NCBI RefSeq assembly: GCF_008831285.2
Contig: NC_045138.2
Coordinates: 25,296,001-25,360,000, forward strand
Source of the DNA: Nymphaea colorata
Lineage: Eukaryota
Direction of reading: 5' to 3'
Length of the DNA: 64,000 bases
Below the pieces are notes generated by a model. It worked only from the letters and a program-made list of their open reading frames with translations. It was not told the DNA's origin and ran no database searches. Of the stretch, positions 10,134 to 24,728 are shown in pieces. Positions within the stretch are counted from its first letter, which is position 1; each line of letters starts with the position of its first letter. A program made the translations under genes and the position numbers.

Positions 10134-13100
10134 GTATTTATATGTATAGACACACACACACACAAAGCTGGAGTGCTAAGTTTTAGTTGTACTGACAAGA
10201 ATGAAAGGCATAGGAATGCAAAAATTGGAGGGCACGATAATAAGGAAAATAACGTGTAAGTGCAAAAGGATCTGTGTAATAAGTGCTGGTGAAGTGTTTG
10301 GAAGAATCACTATCAAGAACTATATTTTATCACTATACTATATTAAAGCCTTCATCAATATTCTTAATCAAAAACACAAAATCACATGCAACTAACAAAA
10401 ATAATGTGCATATTAAACCAAGACAAAAGTGACATCAAGGAGTAGTAAAAAGTCTACTTTGAAAATCAAGGTACCAGCCTACCACGGACTAAAGAAGTTT
10501 ATGCAACAATTGGTACCATCCATCATATCTATTAGTATGTCCAGCTAATAATCATTGTAAGATATGATTCGATTTTTATTCTGAAAATTTAACATATTAC
10601 AGTTTACTTGTTTGGATTCAATATTGCAAACATGGAATATCATGATTTTAAAGGTCATAAAACTTCCCCCCAAGTGAATTTGGTTACTATATGCATAGAT
10701 GTTTCTCAGAATAATACACGACCTTTCAGGGAACAGCTAGTTTGAAGGACATGCATGATATTTCAGGCTTCAGCAATTCAAACAATGCCAGGTCAAAGTT
10801 GTTTTCTAGTTGCTATTCAGTCATACTCATAACATGCATAATTTTTTCATTTACAGAATATCAAGCATTGGACATGGTGAAAATATTTAAAAATAAACAA
10901 ATTGAAAGGTAGTACATTGATGACTAAAGTTGTCAATGATAGAGGTCAGATGTCCTTATCAAGACATTGACAGTCAAGACAATGACAGTAAATGAAATAG
11001 AAGCTGTTGAAATGACAGAGTTTTGAAGTTCTTTTGGTCATACTTTATAGTTGAAGACAAATGAATCTTCAAAACTAGGATTCATAATTTTCAGACGTTT
11101 GCTATCAATATCAAAGCAGTTTCACATTATGCATAAGTGAACTCTGGAACTACTAGTATACCAACTACTAACCTCAAAAAAGCTCGTGCTTGATATGAGT
11201 TTCCAATTTTTTCAGTGTTAAATACCTTATTTGAACCTTTAGAATTTATTTTCATTTGGTGGACCTCTAATGAAATTTCATGGAAAGACGACCCAATAAG
11301 GCTATAACTTCTATATACAATGAAATGACAATAAGGATAGTGGTGCAATTTGCAGTAGCCATTGCCAGGAATTCATTTTCCACAAATACCATGTTAGCAC
11401 ATTAACCTTCTTCTTGATCTGGATGAGCAAACAACTGCAGTAATGCTAACCACTTTTCCCCTCTAGCAAACGTTCAACAAACTCGCATCACAGACTAAAC
11501 TATATTCAGTAATACTAAACAACTTTGTATATCTGTTTTCCTTTTTCTGGACAAGCCAAAGACTCGCCTCATAAATAAAAGAACAAAGCCAGCATATAAA
11601 TGCAGGAAGTCATACTTCTTTATTACCTGCTTAATATAAATGCTTTTGCCCGAGTAGTTAGGACCAGTAATGATGTTTATTAGACCTGAAAAATAGAAAG
11701 TCCAGTATATGAGTAAATATGGACCTGCACATGTGTCTGCATGCATAGCATGTACGTGTGTGCATAAAAGCATCAACACAAGTGGAACATGATATAACAA
11801 CTTGCATACCACTGTCATCGATTCTTGTGCCATTGGGAACAAAAGTATCCACTGTCATCTCCTGTAACATGTGCCTGTATAATCATTTTCTAGCTTAGCA
11901 ACGAAATATCCCATTTTCCCTGTCCAAAGAACAGTAACTTTGATTGCATACTGATTTTTCTGAGATTGAGAAAAAATTACCTGCCATTTTGTATATCAAT
12001 GACTGGATCCTCTGTCAGAATGGGTCTGACATAATTATTTTGCTGTGCTACCAATGCCAAAGACAAGTAGCTGAAAATAAAAACTTATTTTACCCAAGAA
12101 AAACATATATAAGGAAACAGAAAATATAGAAAACTAATATTATGGGATATAAAACTGCCATAACAAGAACAAATACCCATGTTATAAGCAGAAAATATAC
12201 ATGAACTTAGAGAGACATTTCTATTTCAAAAGCAAGTTCAAGATATCAACTGTTAGTGGCATTCACCAATCAAGCTCTGCCGCAAAATTAACAGCAACCA
12301 GTATATGAACAAAGAAATCTTGTGTCTGAGATGTTAACTCCCTTATAATTGCTCTTTCCATATCTAGAAAAAAGAAGAGAAAGAATAAATAATTAATCAA
12401 AGATAATTTGACATCACATCAAAGCATGGAACTGTTCTCACTTCTCCTATTAAAAGAAACTTTGCTACTCTATTAACAATGCAATTACTACCGATATCTA
12501 ATCGAAAACATCATAGCTTTATATGCAGCTAAGCAACTTGTGCACTGAAACAGATACATAAAAAGGAAATGTGCAGTTCTGCTTTGTCGTGCACACACCA
12601 AGAATTTTATGATAAATGTCACCAAAAGCAAGATCCAACTCCCTCGTCTTTGATGTCCGGTAAAAGAACTGTTTCTCATCAGCATCTTCATCAGAAAACT
12701 ACATTTACATCCAGAAAAATATTATAAAGCCATTAATTGACACAAACGCAAAAATATAACAGAATTTAATTAAAAGTCTAAAAGAAACACAGTTTACACT
12801 TTACAGTAAAATACTTACAGCAAACTCAAAATCTTGGAGAAAATCTAATGTGGCTTCCCCGAGTTTCTCCTCAAAAATGCAAAACAAGTAACCTACATAT
12901 GGCCAGAAAATGGACTTGAGAGTCTCTTTCATGGCTTTTGAAGCTATTATTAAACAAGTGCAACTGCTTGACAAGTAGCAAATTTCTGTTTTGGTCAAAG
13001 CCCTTATGTGTCCCTTAAGTTGGTCAAAGCCCTTATGTGTCCAACTTATGTTTTAAGGTCTAATTGCTATAAACTGTATAAGTGAAGGACAGGATAGTCT

Positions 13101-16100
13101 TTTACTGTACTTCTAAGTGAGCCTTAAACTAGGACATCAGGCCCTTTAGTGAGTTATGATAGTTTTTCTGAAGTAGCAGCCAATGGGAGGCTGCAGCTGC
13201 GTTTCTGGAGCTGCTTGAAGTTGATGAAACTGCAAATCAGGTTAGTACAGCTACGTTATCATGCTTTGGGTTGGTTGTTTGGATACTATTTCAACGTCTA
13301 AAGATCATTCTCTATTGAAATTTTACCAAATATGCAGAAACAAGAGAGAGCTTCCAGTACTGAATTTGACAATTTTGGAAGATCCAGTGCTTTTCTAGAT
13401 TTTGCTGTTGATAGCAAAAAGATGAAACAGCTGTGGCTGGAATGTTGCCGTAAGCTATTCTATGGAACAAAAATTGTGCAAAATGTTGATCACATAGGAT
13501 GGCCTCCTGTGTTGGAGAGTTGCTCATCTTCCTTTTGCAGTTATTATTGGAGGAAAACTTCACTTTGAAGAAGGCAACTTTCTAAGGGTACACAAACAAC
13601 CCACTATAACTAAAACCGAGTAAAGTATTAATGTGACCGAGTAAAATATTAATGAATATAATGCAGGACTAACAAAAATAAATTATTTAAGGTGACAAAA
13701 CAATGTTACAAAGTGATACTGGTGCACAGATTATAAAAACATGTCATTTTACAGAATAATCATAGTAACCGATATCTGCAAATTTATCCTTGAATTTTTT
13801 CAAGTTGTGGTCTGTTTAGAAAACTTGTCAGTAGTTCAAAAAATTGAAGAACAATAGAAACAACAGAAAAATTATGAGGTAGTTGGCTTCTCATGGTACT
13901 TTCTTGCAAAACTGTAAAAGAGCAATTACAACACTTTTTTTTTTTAAATATGAAAGAAACAGAAAGCATAAACTGAAAACAAGAAAAACAAATTTTCTAA
14001 AAAAGTTGCATTTTTTTTTATACCTAAAACAATTCTACTGTGATATTACCAGTAAACGACTTCCATATCAACCAGTATAATGCAAGTAATAAGAATAATT
14101 TAAATTAAAGCAACAGTAATATGTTAAAACTGAATGCTTTCAACAAAGAGAACCAAAAGAAACTAGAAATCATAAAAGCATGGAGAAAATGAGTAACACG
14201 TACTGTAGAAGGTCTGCATCCCACAATTGCATTACAGATCCAAATTTGATGACATGAATAAGGCAATGGTCAACTAGCATACCTATTTGATGGATATAAA
14301 CAATACATGAGGTATATTTGTTTCCATCCTTGGGAGGTAGACGTGATGCCTCAACAGCAGAAACCTGTGAAGTACTTCTCAGATGGTTGCCTTGAACTAG
14401 TGGAAAATGTGTCAAGTATAATGGAACAAAGAAATACCTTTTCCAGAAAGTCTGGCAATTCATCATATATAGTTCTCAACTCATCCAACTATTAATGTCA
14501 AAATGGAAACAAAATGAATAAGAATGCATTAAACAAAGTTACCAGCAGAAGGGGCAAGCATGAAGAGAAGGATTGAAACTTGGAAGAATTTACAAGTGAA
14601 TGCTTAGAGATACACAACTAAACATGTGCATGCAGGTGGCCACCTGAATGTGGATAGACTAGGACCAGGATTAATGCATCCTGACAAGTGTCACGTCAAC
14701 AGATCACCCAAACTTGTGGTCCTAGCTTGCAGCCAGTGTGATCTCTCCAGCATAAAATGCATTTCTGTTTGCGTAAACAGCAGGGGCCATTCATGATGCC
14801 ATCACCAGCTATTGCTGATGAAGTCAGAGCGGCCATGAAAAAAAAGAAGACAGTACCCGAAATCCTCTTTTTAAAAAAAGAATCACAACACCACAGCAAA
14901 TGCTGCCAAATTTCCCTTCCTCCTAAATAGAGGCTGGAGACAACTTTTGACGTTCTTTTTCTTTTTTCTCAAAAAAGAATATAACATACTGGAAGCAGGG
15001 ACCTCATCCACTTACAACGTTGCGAGAAAAGATCAAACTCAGAATACTTGCATCAAAATCATTTAATTATGTTTTATGTTAAAGAATTAGGTTTGTTGAA
15101 ATTTTAATAGCTTACACGATTTAAAAGAAAACCATAGATTTTTGAACCAGTTGATTTTGATGCTCAAATAGGGTTTCATAAAAATCAAATGCTCAAACAA
15201 TTGGAAAAAAATTGTATATGTTATAATATCTCACTAAATTCAAGCCTGATCTTTTAAGTTTTCATTAGATTTTCTCTTGCGGGTGCATGTTACATTCTGA
15301 TGGTTTTTCTCACATCTGTACAATATAATCAATTTGTACCACTAAACCTTCTAATCATTGCTATCAGCATGATTACCAGCAACACATCAGTTCGCTCACA
15401 GATATGACATGGCTGATACACATCAGTACATATTACTTTATTTTTCATTTATATTTATAAACAACTAAAAACTGAACTAAAATAATTTAAAAGAAAAAAT
15501 ATCATTCTTTAAGCCATTTATCATTTTGGCGATAGGCCACTGTGATGCATGCCAACTATTGATGATTCTGCCTTCCATACAAACTGAATACAATCTTTAC
15601 AACAATGGGATAGGCCACTTCATTGAGTTCATCCTGTTCAGTGAGGTATGAAGTGTCCATGCCCTCTTCAATGACATTGACAGGAGAAATCATCAGGATG
15701 GGCATTGCAACTTTTCATTGCAAGAAAAGGAGAGCAGTTTGGGAAACTTGACCAGAGTTTCCTACCTCTTCACAAAATCCTTGTCTAATCATTGTTCCAT
15801 AACCTCTTTCCTTGCTAAGAGATACATCAATTACACCCATTACCTGAAACAGCTCAAATTTTTAATTTTTAATAATTCCTCAACCAACAATGGCTCAATA
15901 ATGTAAGCAGAAAATTGTAAGTGGAAGAATGACAACAAAATATTAACCACCATAGATGTTGGAAATCACTAGGAATTTGTCCTCATTTGCACAATCAACA
16001 TGAAATGAAAAATATGTAAAGGACAAGATTTACATCAAACAAGTGTAACTGAGTTTCTATGTGGTTAATTGAAAATGTTCATAAAATTATTTCGGTCGAG

Positions 16101-17441
16101 TTGAATATTAAAACAGAAAAGGATAATGATTATGCCTTCAAAAAAGACATGGAAAACATACCTAACTTCGTGAATGCAATCCTGAATATATTTGCAACCT
16201 TTTTTAATGTAAGTGATTCTTATGTTTACCCAAAACTTTGCCCCAATTTTAGCTTCAAGCATGTAGACCTTACTAATTTCTGAATTGATATGACTGCATA
16301 ACTATGACAGTAGATTGTTGTTTACCGGATGCATGCTGATAGAATGAGCATAAAAACCTTGAGATAAGGCCCGAAATGTGAGCAAGTGCTGAAAATATGG
16401 AGAAAAAGAGAAGGTAACAGGAAGGGAAGAGACTAGGAGACACGTTTTCAAGATGAAATCATAGAGCAGGTGGCTGCTTACCTCTTTATCTAACATTAGA
16501 TATCATCGATTAGATTACAATCATTAGATTTTCTTTCTTAAGTACAACAAACACGACAAACGGATTAAGCCATCATTGCAAGGCATAAACCAAAAAGCTG
16601 CCACTTCTATTATTTCAATCACAAGCCACCAACAATTCTCTACAGTAGGAACCAGCCAGTGATATATCTTCTAACATAGCTTAGTGAATTTGCATGCTTA
16701 GAGTAAGATCTTAATTGTGAAAACGTAAAGGGTAATTCCATTCTTTTTGCTAGAAGACACAAGACTAATTGCCAATAGATTCAACAACAAACAGAACATG
16801 AAACGACTAGTTTAAAATTTTAAATTGAGAAAAGCAGATACATTCAGTTTCAGAGAGAACCAAAATGTTTTACCAAAACTTTGTCATCCCGTTCATTTGT
16901 TATCTATCTATATAAAATCATTATACCCTAAGTTGCCAAAAATTGAAAGTTGGCCACAAGGTGTTCAAGACCCTAAAAGACTAATCAGGAAAAGTTGATC
17001 CAAGTCACTTGACTACAAATAAATAAATACATATTTTTATATAGAAACAAGTACAAAAACATATATATCTATACAAAGAATGAATGTACATATTTATAGG
17101 TCAGGAATTAGTTGGCTATCCAGTAACCAGTGACTAAGTTGACTAATTGTCTAGTCTGACCAACCAATCACAGGTTTCGAAACACAGATTGGTCGATAGC
17201 CAACTGACATGACTAGCTGGATTAGTAGACTGCCTAGTCGAGATGTTGGCGACTAAGTTATATCCCTCAAGGTATACTTCTCCAGCAGCCAAGGGCAGAT
17301 CTACATTTTTTTCTAGCAAGAGCCCCTGTTCACCCTGAGAAAATTGCTCATCAGGGGTTTCGCCCACAATGGCTTGGGTCCTGAACGCCTGTACATGTTG
17401 GTGGGCATATGCTGGTTATCAGTGGCCAGTGATTTTTAGGG

Positions 17442-17473
<32 letters not shown>

Positions 17474-20400
17474 GCTGTGGTTGCTGATGTATCCTTGTGT
17501 TCTCTGCAGTTTAGACATCATGCTCCCCCTGCTAACAACTTGGATGAAAAAGCGCCAACTTCAACAAATACTTTCCCAGACATTTTGCTTATCCATCATA
17601 GTAAGGTGGTAGTAAAATTAATCAAAGGAATTGTCACATGGATGTATCAAACAGTTGCATGTAAACTTACAACCACCAAAAAGTCAAAAACCAAAGAGAT
17701 GTATAGAAATTGTAAGATTCATACAGTCACAGCCTAGAACTTACACAAGCACCTAGTTGGGTGAATCTTAACATCCCCCTAGAGACTGCTCCTATTTGCC
17801 AGAATAAAGGAGATAGAAGACAAGATGTATATAACTCATATTCTTTCAAATTTTTAGATTCAGACTATTCAAGTCATTTCCATATGTAGGATATGAGAAA
17901 ATTGTTTAATACTAGTTCACATTGAAGAATTACTACAAAGGGAGTATAAATATGTATATTAACATAACAAAGTAATGTCTATTACCAGAAAAAGATTCTC
18001 ATATATGGAAAACTGAATATAGCTACAGAACCAACCAATTCATAGAGGCGTATCAACTCCGATGTAATAGAGGAATAAGCCTGCAGTTTTTTTTTTTCAG
18101 TGAAACAAACATAATTAATTGTTGAATAGAAAATTGTGCTGAACTTTTATTATGACTAGCAGGACCAACTACCTTGTCAACAATCTGCAAAGTCAAGCAC
18201 TCTGAACGCCCTTGCAGCCTATCTCCTATTCCAACTTCGAAAATGTTTCTTATGTGCAAGAGTGAACTTATGCTCTGAAAAACAGGTGGTCATTTGAAAA
18301 GAGTTTCAAAGCAAATGATAATGGAAAAATACTATTGCAATATCTGAAAAATAACTAAATGAAAGACCATTGTAATAGTTGGAATCATCATTGCCTTTAT
18401 AACAGTGTTCCAGCCATCTGATGAAGCTATATAGCTTGGGGAGTTGAATTTCTGAACATTCAAAGGAAAAAAAGTGGATCAACTTAGTGTACAACAAGCG
18501 GCAACTCTCCTAAACAACATAAACTACATAAAAGAAAAGTTTCACGCAGCACTACCTTGAGAGCTTAACCTAATGAAACAGCAAACTATTACACAGCCAA
18601 AACCAAGCAGCACTACCTTCAGCACTCGAGGAATGTCCTTTACATGCTTAAGACTTCCACGCAATGCCATGGTTGATTCTTCACAGAAGTGGAAAAATGA
18701 AATCTAATATCATGTCAAGCACAACAACATAAAAAATCCCATACTTGTTCTGAGATAGTGGTGGATACAATGTCAAGGCGCTCATTCAAAACTTCAAGAT
18801 CAAGCATAGGCCTTAAGAACCAACTTCTGTTAAAAAAGAGTGCTCACACAATAAATATCCCTTATAATGCAGAAGATTCAAGTTCTTTCAGTTATAGGTC
18901 CATGTTTTACCTCATGAGGCGCCTGCCCATTGTTGTGACACACTGGTGACAGAAGAATTGATGTGAAAAAAAAAATTGCTACAACTGTAACAATAGTGAT
19001 AACAACATAAAAGGTAAACTTTGGAAACTAAAACTTTTTACCTTGTTAAGTACCCCAAAAACAGAAAACCTGCAGTTTCAACTTTCAATTCAAAAATCAT
19101 AATCTTGAGACCCTTTTTAACATGCAGGATACAATAATTTTCACATAGGGAGAGATCTTGCCCTTCCTTAGCCTTCCCAATGCCCATGCAACTTGGGTGC
19201 TTGTCTACTTGGAAAATCTGCAGTGCTTCATAGGCAGCTGCATCAAGTTTCAAGAACTTGTCTCTAATTTCCCATGTAAGCATCAACAGCATAGTCCAGA
19301 ATATAAATGATATTACAAAGGTGTCAGAACACCATACATGTCAAAGCTGTAAACTGGTAGGAACAGTGTCAATGTGATGGAGGATACAGTGAAATCTCTA
19401 GGATATGGTCAATGGTTATTGATGCATTTTCACATTCATTCTGTTCAGTAATATCCACAAGCCTCTCATTTTCCAGTATGGCAAGAAGCCCTCCAGTTGC
19501 ACGAACTTGGACATCACTTCTCATATTCATAAACGAACTGAGCTGCATATGTAGAACCATAAAATAACCAAAAGAAGCCAGAGGTGAAAAAAATTGTGAA
19601 ATATTTGTTTATGTTGGTAACACTGAAGGTGCTATTTCTGTAACTGAAAACTACCACTAAAATAGAGTACCAAACCTAAGGAAAGTACTTTTTTGGTATA
19701 TCAATGAAAGTTCATATTTATCTGGCCAGTCCAGGAGAGGAACATAGCCGGATAATCTCTGGGATTGAAGAGCAGAAAATAGTTGCTGTTAGACAACATC
19801 GGCTTGCAGCATCACACTCATGAATCAATCAGAAGACAAAGCTGTCGAAAGATATAACAGGTATATCAAAATATTTAACAACCTTTTTTTCCCAATCACC
19901 TTGTGTAATTTTTAAGCAAATAATTTTTCAATGAATTCCTTTCATTGAGTCCAGTTGGGACGTTGTTATGAGGTTTTGTAAAAGCAAGTCATGAGAATTA
20001 GAGACAGGCATTACATAAAGTTTACCTTGGATTCTTCTATATTCTCCTAATCCATATAATTTATAATTCACTTGCGTCTTCTGTCATTCTAATTCTTTGA
20101 TCAATAATGTCCTATGTTCTGCATGAAACGACTATGTCAATTGGGAATGCAGCAAACAGTAAACCTTTAGTTGGCATCCCATGGAAAATTATTTAAATTC
20201 AGTAATAATGCTGAGGTTTCTGTGAATCCTTAAAATGGAACTGACATTTAAATGGAAGCAAAGCGTGTTAAACTTACAAAGCAAACCCTTTCCTTGGTGC
20301 TCAGTGCCTCATCCATTCCGGTGAGCCTAAGATATAGCATTCTGGAACAGTAAAATGAAAATGTCAAGTATCCATAGCTGACAAAAAGCAAATCAGGAGG

Positions 20401-23400
20401 TTAAGGACCTCTATTTCATTTATATGTATTATAACTAGAAAGACAATGGTGGTGGCCAAGCAAACACGGAGACAAGGAATTCAGGTTTCATTTTTGCAAG
20501 ACAAATTATTGACCATTTTAGTTTTAGCATCAAATGCAAACTTCATACTGCAGGGAGGATGTTGACAAACTACAAAAGAAAGAAGGCATAACTTGAATAT
20601 TTACATAAATGACTGTAAATGGTTGATCTGAGAAAAATACATGATAAAAATATTATCCTCGATAAGGTTAACCTAAACTGGTTAGCAAGACTTGGATAAG
20701 TTTTCCCTTTTCACTGAAAGTAAAAAAATATTGATAATGGCTGACCACAGATTAGCTACCAAATTTACATCTCTTCCTGGTAGAATATTGCTTCCTGAAG
20801 AAGGATGAAATGAGATGTGCATATCAAGTGCATCGGCATAGAGAAGAACAACATTCTATGATCTCCTTTGCTGCACTTTCTGTCATGCGAGACACTACAG
20901 CTACAGGATCTACTACTTAGGAGATCAAATGCCAAGATGAATTTAGAACACTTTAGCATGTCAAATATGGTATACACAGTTCTGCACCATAGACGGACTC
21001 AACTCATTATTTCTTCAGCTTATATTTTCATGCATAATAGTCCCTTAAAAGGTTATTGCATATTCAGCATCTAGCTTTTGAGTGTCCATATTCTGTCCCA
21101 TGCACACTCTTATTCTGCCAATTTGCTTGGAATTTTGTAACTAATATTTTTTTCAAGGGTTTATAAAGGGGGGTCATTAATGAGATGATTGTCTTGGTTC
21201 CTAGCCTTTTTGAAGTTGGAGCCGAAACTGGTAGGGGGCGGGTTGGGATCCCTCGAACTAGGGGCCCGAGCCCGAGAGTGGGTCGGGTTGTTATAGAGCC
21301 CCTTTTACAGTCCTGTATTAAGGCCTAACCCTTCTGCATTGGTCCTCCAAGGTGTCAACTATTGTCACATAAAACACGTATTCTTCGAAAAAAACGTGTA
21401 TAATACCCAAGAAATAAGTCAGCCTATAAAAACAGCAATTAGACGCGTCCTTTTTAAAAAAACACCAGAAAATAAAAAACGTGAAAAAAAAACGTGTATT
21501 ATACATGCATTTTTCGTATTTTTTATTAATTTTTATTTTTTATAATTTTCAGGATGTATTAAATATTTTAAAAATTTGCTGAGATTTTCCTGAGATATTC
21601 CCAAGATATACAACTTTGCCGTATTATACCCGAGAAATTCCTCACCATATAATACCCATACACAATACATGTGACAATGGTGTCAACTAGGTTTAAGCAG
21701 TCTTCAACCAATTTTGTTCATCTAATGCCCAATCACATGCAGTCTATGCTAACTACATGAAAGTTTCTATATTTAATTGATGCATTTGTTAGTCACTATA
21801 TAGCTTTGATAAATTTTAGACTCAGTTTCTGATTGAAAGTTTAGAAGAGATTAATAGCATAAAGATCACATTCATGCTGTTGTACCTGTGCCAAGCTTGT
21901 TCGTAGCTGAATATTGAGCTTTTTACAAGCTTTACTTCAAAATCATGGCTCCCATCTGTGCAGCAGTGGCACAATCATAAACAAGGCTAACATACTTTCT
22001 ACAGTTCACAAAGGATTTGCACTAACCTTTCTTTCTCAAAGCAGAGAGAAACGATTCTTCTGCTTTAGTGCTTGTGTAAATCACTGATGGGTTTGCTTGG
22101 TATTTCACTACAGTAACATCATTCACAGAAATAAGTTAATTAAACAAATCAAAGAGAATGGGGCAGAAGACAGTGTCAGTAAAGTATGTCTTAATGCATA
22201 AGTGTACACATTTACAAGATTAGAGGAATGTGGCGCATGACTTTTGCCACATGAAAAATAGCAGTACATTGGGTATCTAAGGATGAAACCAATTACATAA
22301 CCCAAGGACTGCAAATCAACAACTAACCCTTGATAGTTAACACAATCAGTTAAAAGTCACGAAATACTAAGTATTGGTGGGCTTTCTACATGTTTTTTCA
22401 GTGTTATCAAGTATAGTTATGAAACCAATGCAATGCCTGTATTCACCATTTCCACGAATTGTCATAGCTTAACAACTGCCTGCAAGCAAATTCTGCAGTG
22501 AACACTTGGATTTAACACTGAAAAGAAAAAGAACATCGAGTTGCAGCTGCTGCTCATTGTAATTCCCAGCTTCAGTATGGCTGAAAAGGCAGATAAGTCC
22601 ACTAACCAAATTTACCTTTGGAATAATGTGAACTGCTTAGTGTTTTAACGGAGACTTTTCAAAACAAGCCATCTTTATACCTTTCTTACGAAAATGACAT
22701 GCATGAATAAATTTTTGCAACCCACGTTGTGGAATCACAAAGTATATGCCTCATTTCAAAGTGGCATATAATATTACTCAAATTCTGAAGGACAAAAGCA
22801 CATTTACAAGCAGCTTAATCTCGTGAAAAACAATATAAATTGATTAATTATATTCTTGACTCAACGAGAAGCAAGCATATTGGACATATCCAAGTATGGA
22901 ACTCAGTGAAGATAATGATGTTAAAGTTTACCAAGATTAATTAGCGGAAAGTCATCTGTTCCATCCTCCCATACCTCCAGCACTTGAAGTTGGTGGATGC
23001 CTACATCATAATATGCAATCCCCACTCTGTTCACATAAAAATCCAGTATCTCCACATAAAAGAAAACAATAAATTTTATGTGCATTGACTGGCCATGTTC
23101 ACTAAAATTACAGTATTTGCTCCAAACCAGTGCGACAGTCTTAATAAAAGATCAAGACTTAATTCCGTGATATTTTATAGTAAACCTACTGCTGCAAAAA
23201 TTCAAAGCCATAAAACATGACAGGGAGCCTAGCTGGATGATTACCGGTGCCCTTGCATGATACATGCCATGTAGACCTGGTCCAATGACAATTAGACAGT
23301 AAGTCAATAAAAGAGCAGATACATCATAGCAGGGCCATGTAAACAATCGGTTTATAACATAGCAAGATAACTTCAAGAGGCTGAGTCGAAACAGTGTCCA

Positions 23401-24728
23401 GATTGTGATATCAATAATGAAGCTGAACAGACACTTATTTTATGAGAACATATTTTAGATCAGACGCTCTCCGACACTTAACTTGATATTCTAACAATAT
23501 AATTAGCTCGATGAGCGTAACAAGACGAGTACATGCAGAAAATGCTTTTACATAGAGCAAATGTTGTTAGAGAAACGGACACTCGGTTGGACTTGTTTCC
23601 ATTTTTCTTAATTCGCCATAAAATGATTCTGTTGAAATCAGAGTATGCTATAAAGCAGAGCATTTCACCCGTACTAACAAAGCAGCAAAGCAAAAGAAAC
23701 AGAAAAAAGGGCAACAGAGGTAAACTTCTAAATTTCTCTTGTCGTTGCCACTCGAAATGAACATACTCTGCATACACTGTAAGAAAAATGACAGAGTTTC
23801 ACAGACATATATCAGATTGTGCGTAGCGAAAGGAAAAAATTCCATAACACAACTAGCTCATACCGACGACACTCGCACAAGAGAGGAACTGGCGTAAACG
23901 TTTTCCCCAATTTTAGCTTATCAAAAGGAGGACAACTAACAGCCACTCAAACGGAGAAAAAACTACATCTTGGAAAATATCCAACACAGCTTTACACACG
24001 ATTCTGAAATACCTTCCATTAGCAGCACATTCCCCGAAACCAATTTTAACTGCAACGACTACAGATTCAATGATCAATAACTTAAAACATTTTCCCAGCC
24101 CATTTTCTCTCTTTATCCAAGAAAACCGAACTCGTGTCTCATAGCAAATACGCGAAGGAAAACATCTGGCCAATCTATGAGAAAATGACCTTGTTTTTCG
24201 CCCGTTTTATCATCTTTTGTAAAGTCAATTGTAATCAAGAACCGATAACAGGTTCTCGGACGATCTTCTCTCTTTATCCAAGAATTGGAGTCTCGTAAAG
24301 CAGCAAGGACTAAAGAAAGGAAGATCGCAGTCAACCTACGCGAAGATATTATGATTCTTTGTTTTCTTGAAGGTAAACTCGGATCAGCGGACGAGAAAAC
24401 GATCTGGTTCTTCGTTTTCTTGATCTTTAGCTAAATGATTCGCGGATCGCCGACGAAAAGAAATTTCGGAAGGTTACTTTTCTAGAAAGAGGAAGCGATT
24501 TCCATGTCTTCAAAAGAATAAACTCAGTAAAAGCAAAATTCAGCTCAAGCAAGGAGAAGATGTTCTGGTTCTTCGTCGTCCTTCATAACCTTGCATGGAA
24601 AGTTTCGCTTGGAAAAGATTTTTCCGATCGACGATCTTCCCACATAACTTCTTCAAATGGGGCGAGGATCAAGAAATCACCTGAGATTCGAGCTCCGTCT
24701 CATCCACCCCTTCTGAAGGAGCGTCCAT
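7764..24728 (-). CDS. MSH5: DNA mismatch repair protein MSH5 (meiotic MutSgamma subunit), multi-exon
   Basis: Exon 1 24728-24681 MDAPSEGVDETELESQ. Later exons read VYMACIMQGHR (23276-23245), VGIAYYD..LEVWED, VKYQANPS, VKSSIFSYEQAWHR, KFLKLDAAAYEALQIFQVDKHPSCMGIGKAKEG, GFCEE, YIHQIG, Walker A TGPNYSGKSIYIKQ (~11630-11670), GSFVPA, STFMIDLHQ, Walker B LCLIDEFGKGT and CTHL. The last exon EIAEKLLAFDVSKGDVKLFLRDLAI* ends at 7764. All are collinear with plant MSH5. Confidence 0.96.
8707..8803. repeat. Tandem duplication (period 55 bp) of an MSH5 exon 3' end and splice donor
   Basis: agtggta.tgacctttggtagaatat.atcattgaatatctc at 8707-8748 and 8762-8803. Confidence 0.9.
10030..10163. repeat. Compound (CA)/(TG)/(TA) microsatellite in MSH5 intron
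   Basis: Directly visible dinucleotide runs. Confidence 0.9.
17443..17473. repeat. (CT)n microsatellite
   Basis: Directly visible. Confidence 0.9.
21360..21679. mobile_element. Non-autonomous hAT-type MITE in MSH5 intron
   Basis: TIRs tattgtcacat / atgtgacaatg, a perfect 8-bp TSD gtgtcaac (21352-21359 and 21680-21687) and an AT-rich interior. Confidence 0.85.

Noticed and set aside
12987..13600. Possible solo LTR in an MSH5 intron (TG...CA ends, 22-bp tandem duplication at 12991-13042)
   Set aside because: No matching target-site duplication or PBS/PPT was found, so it cannot be supported by eye.
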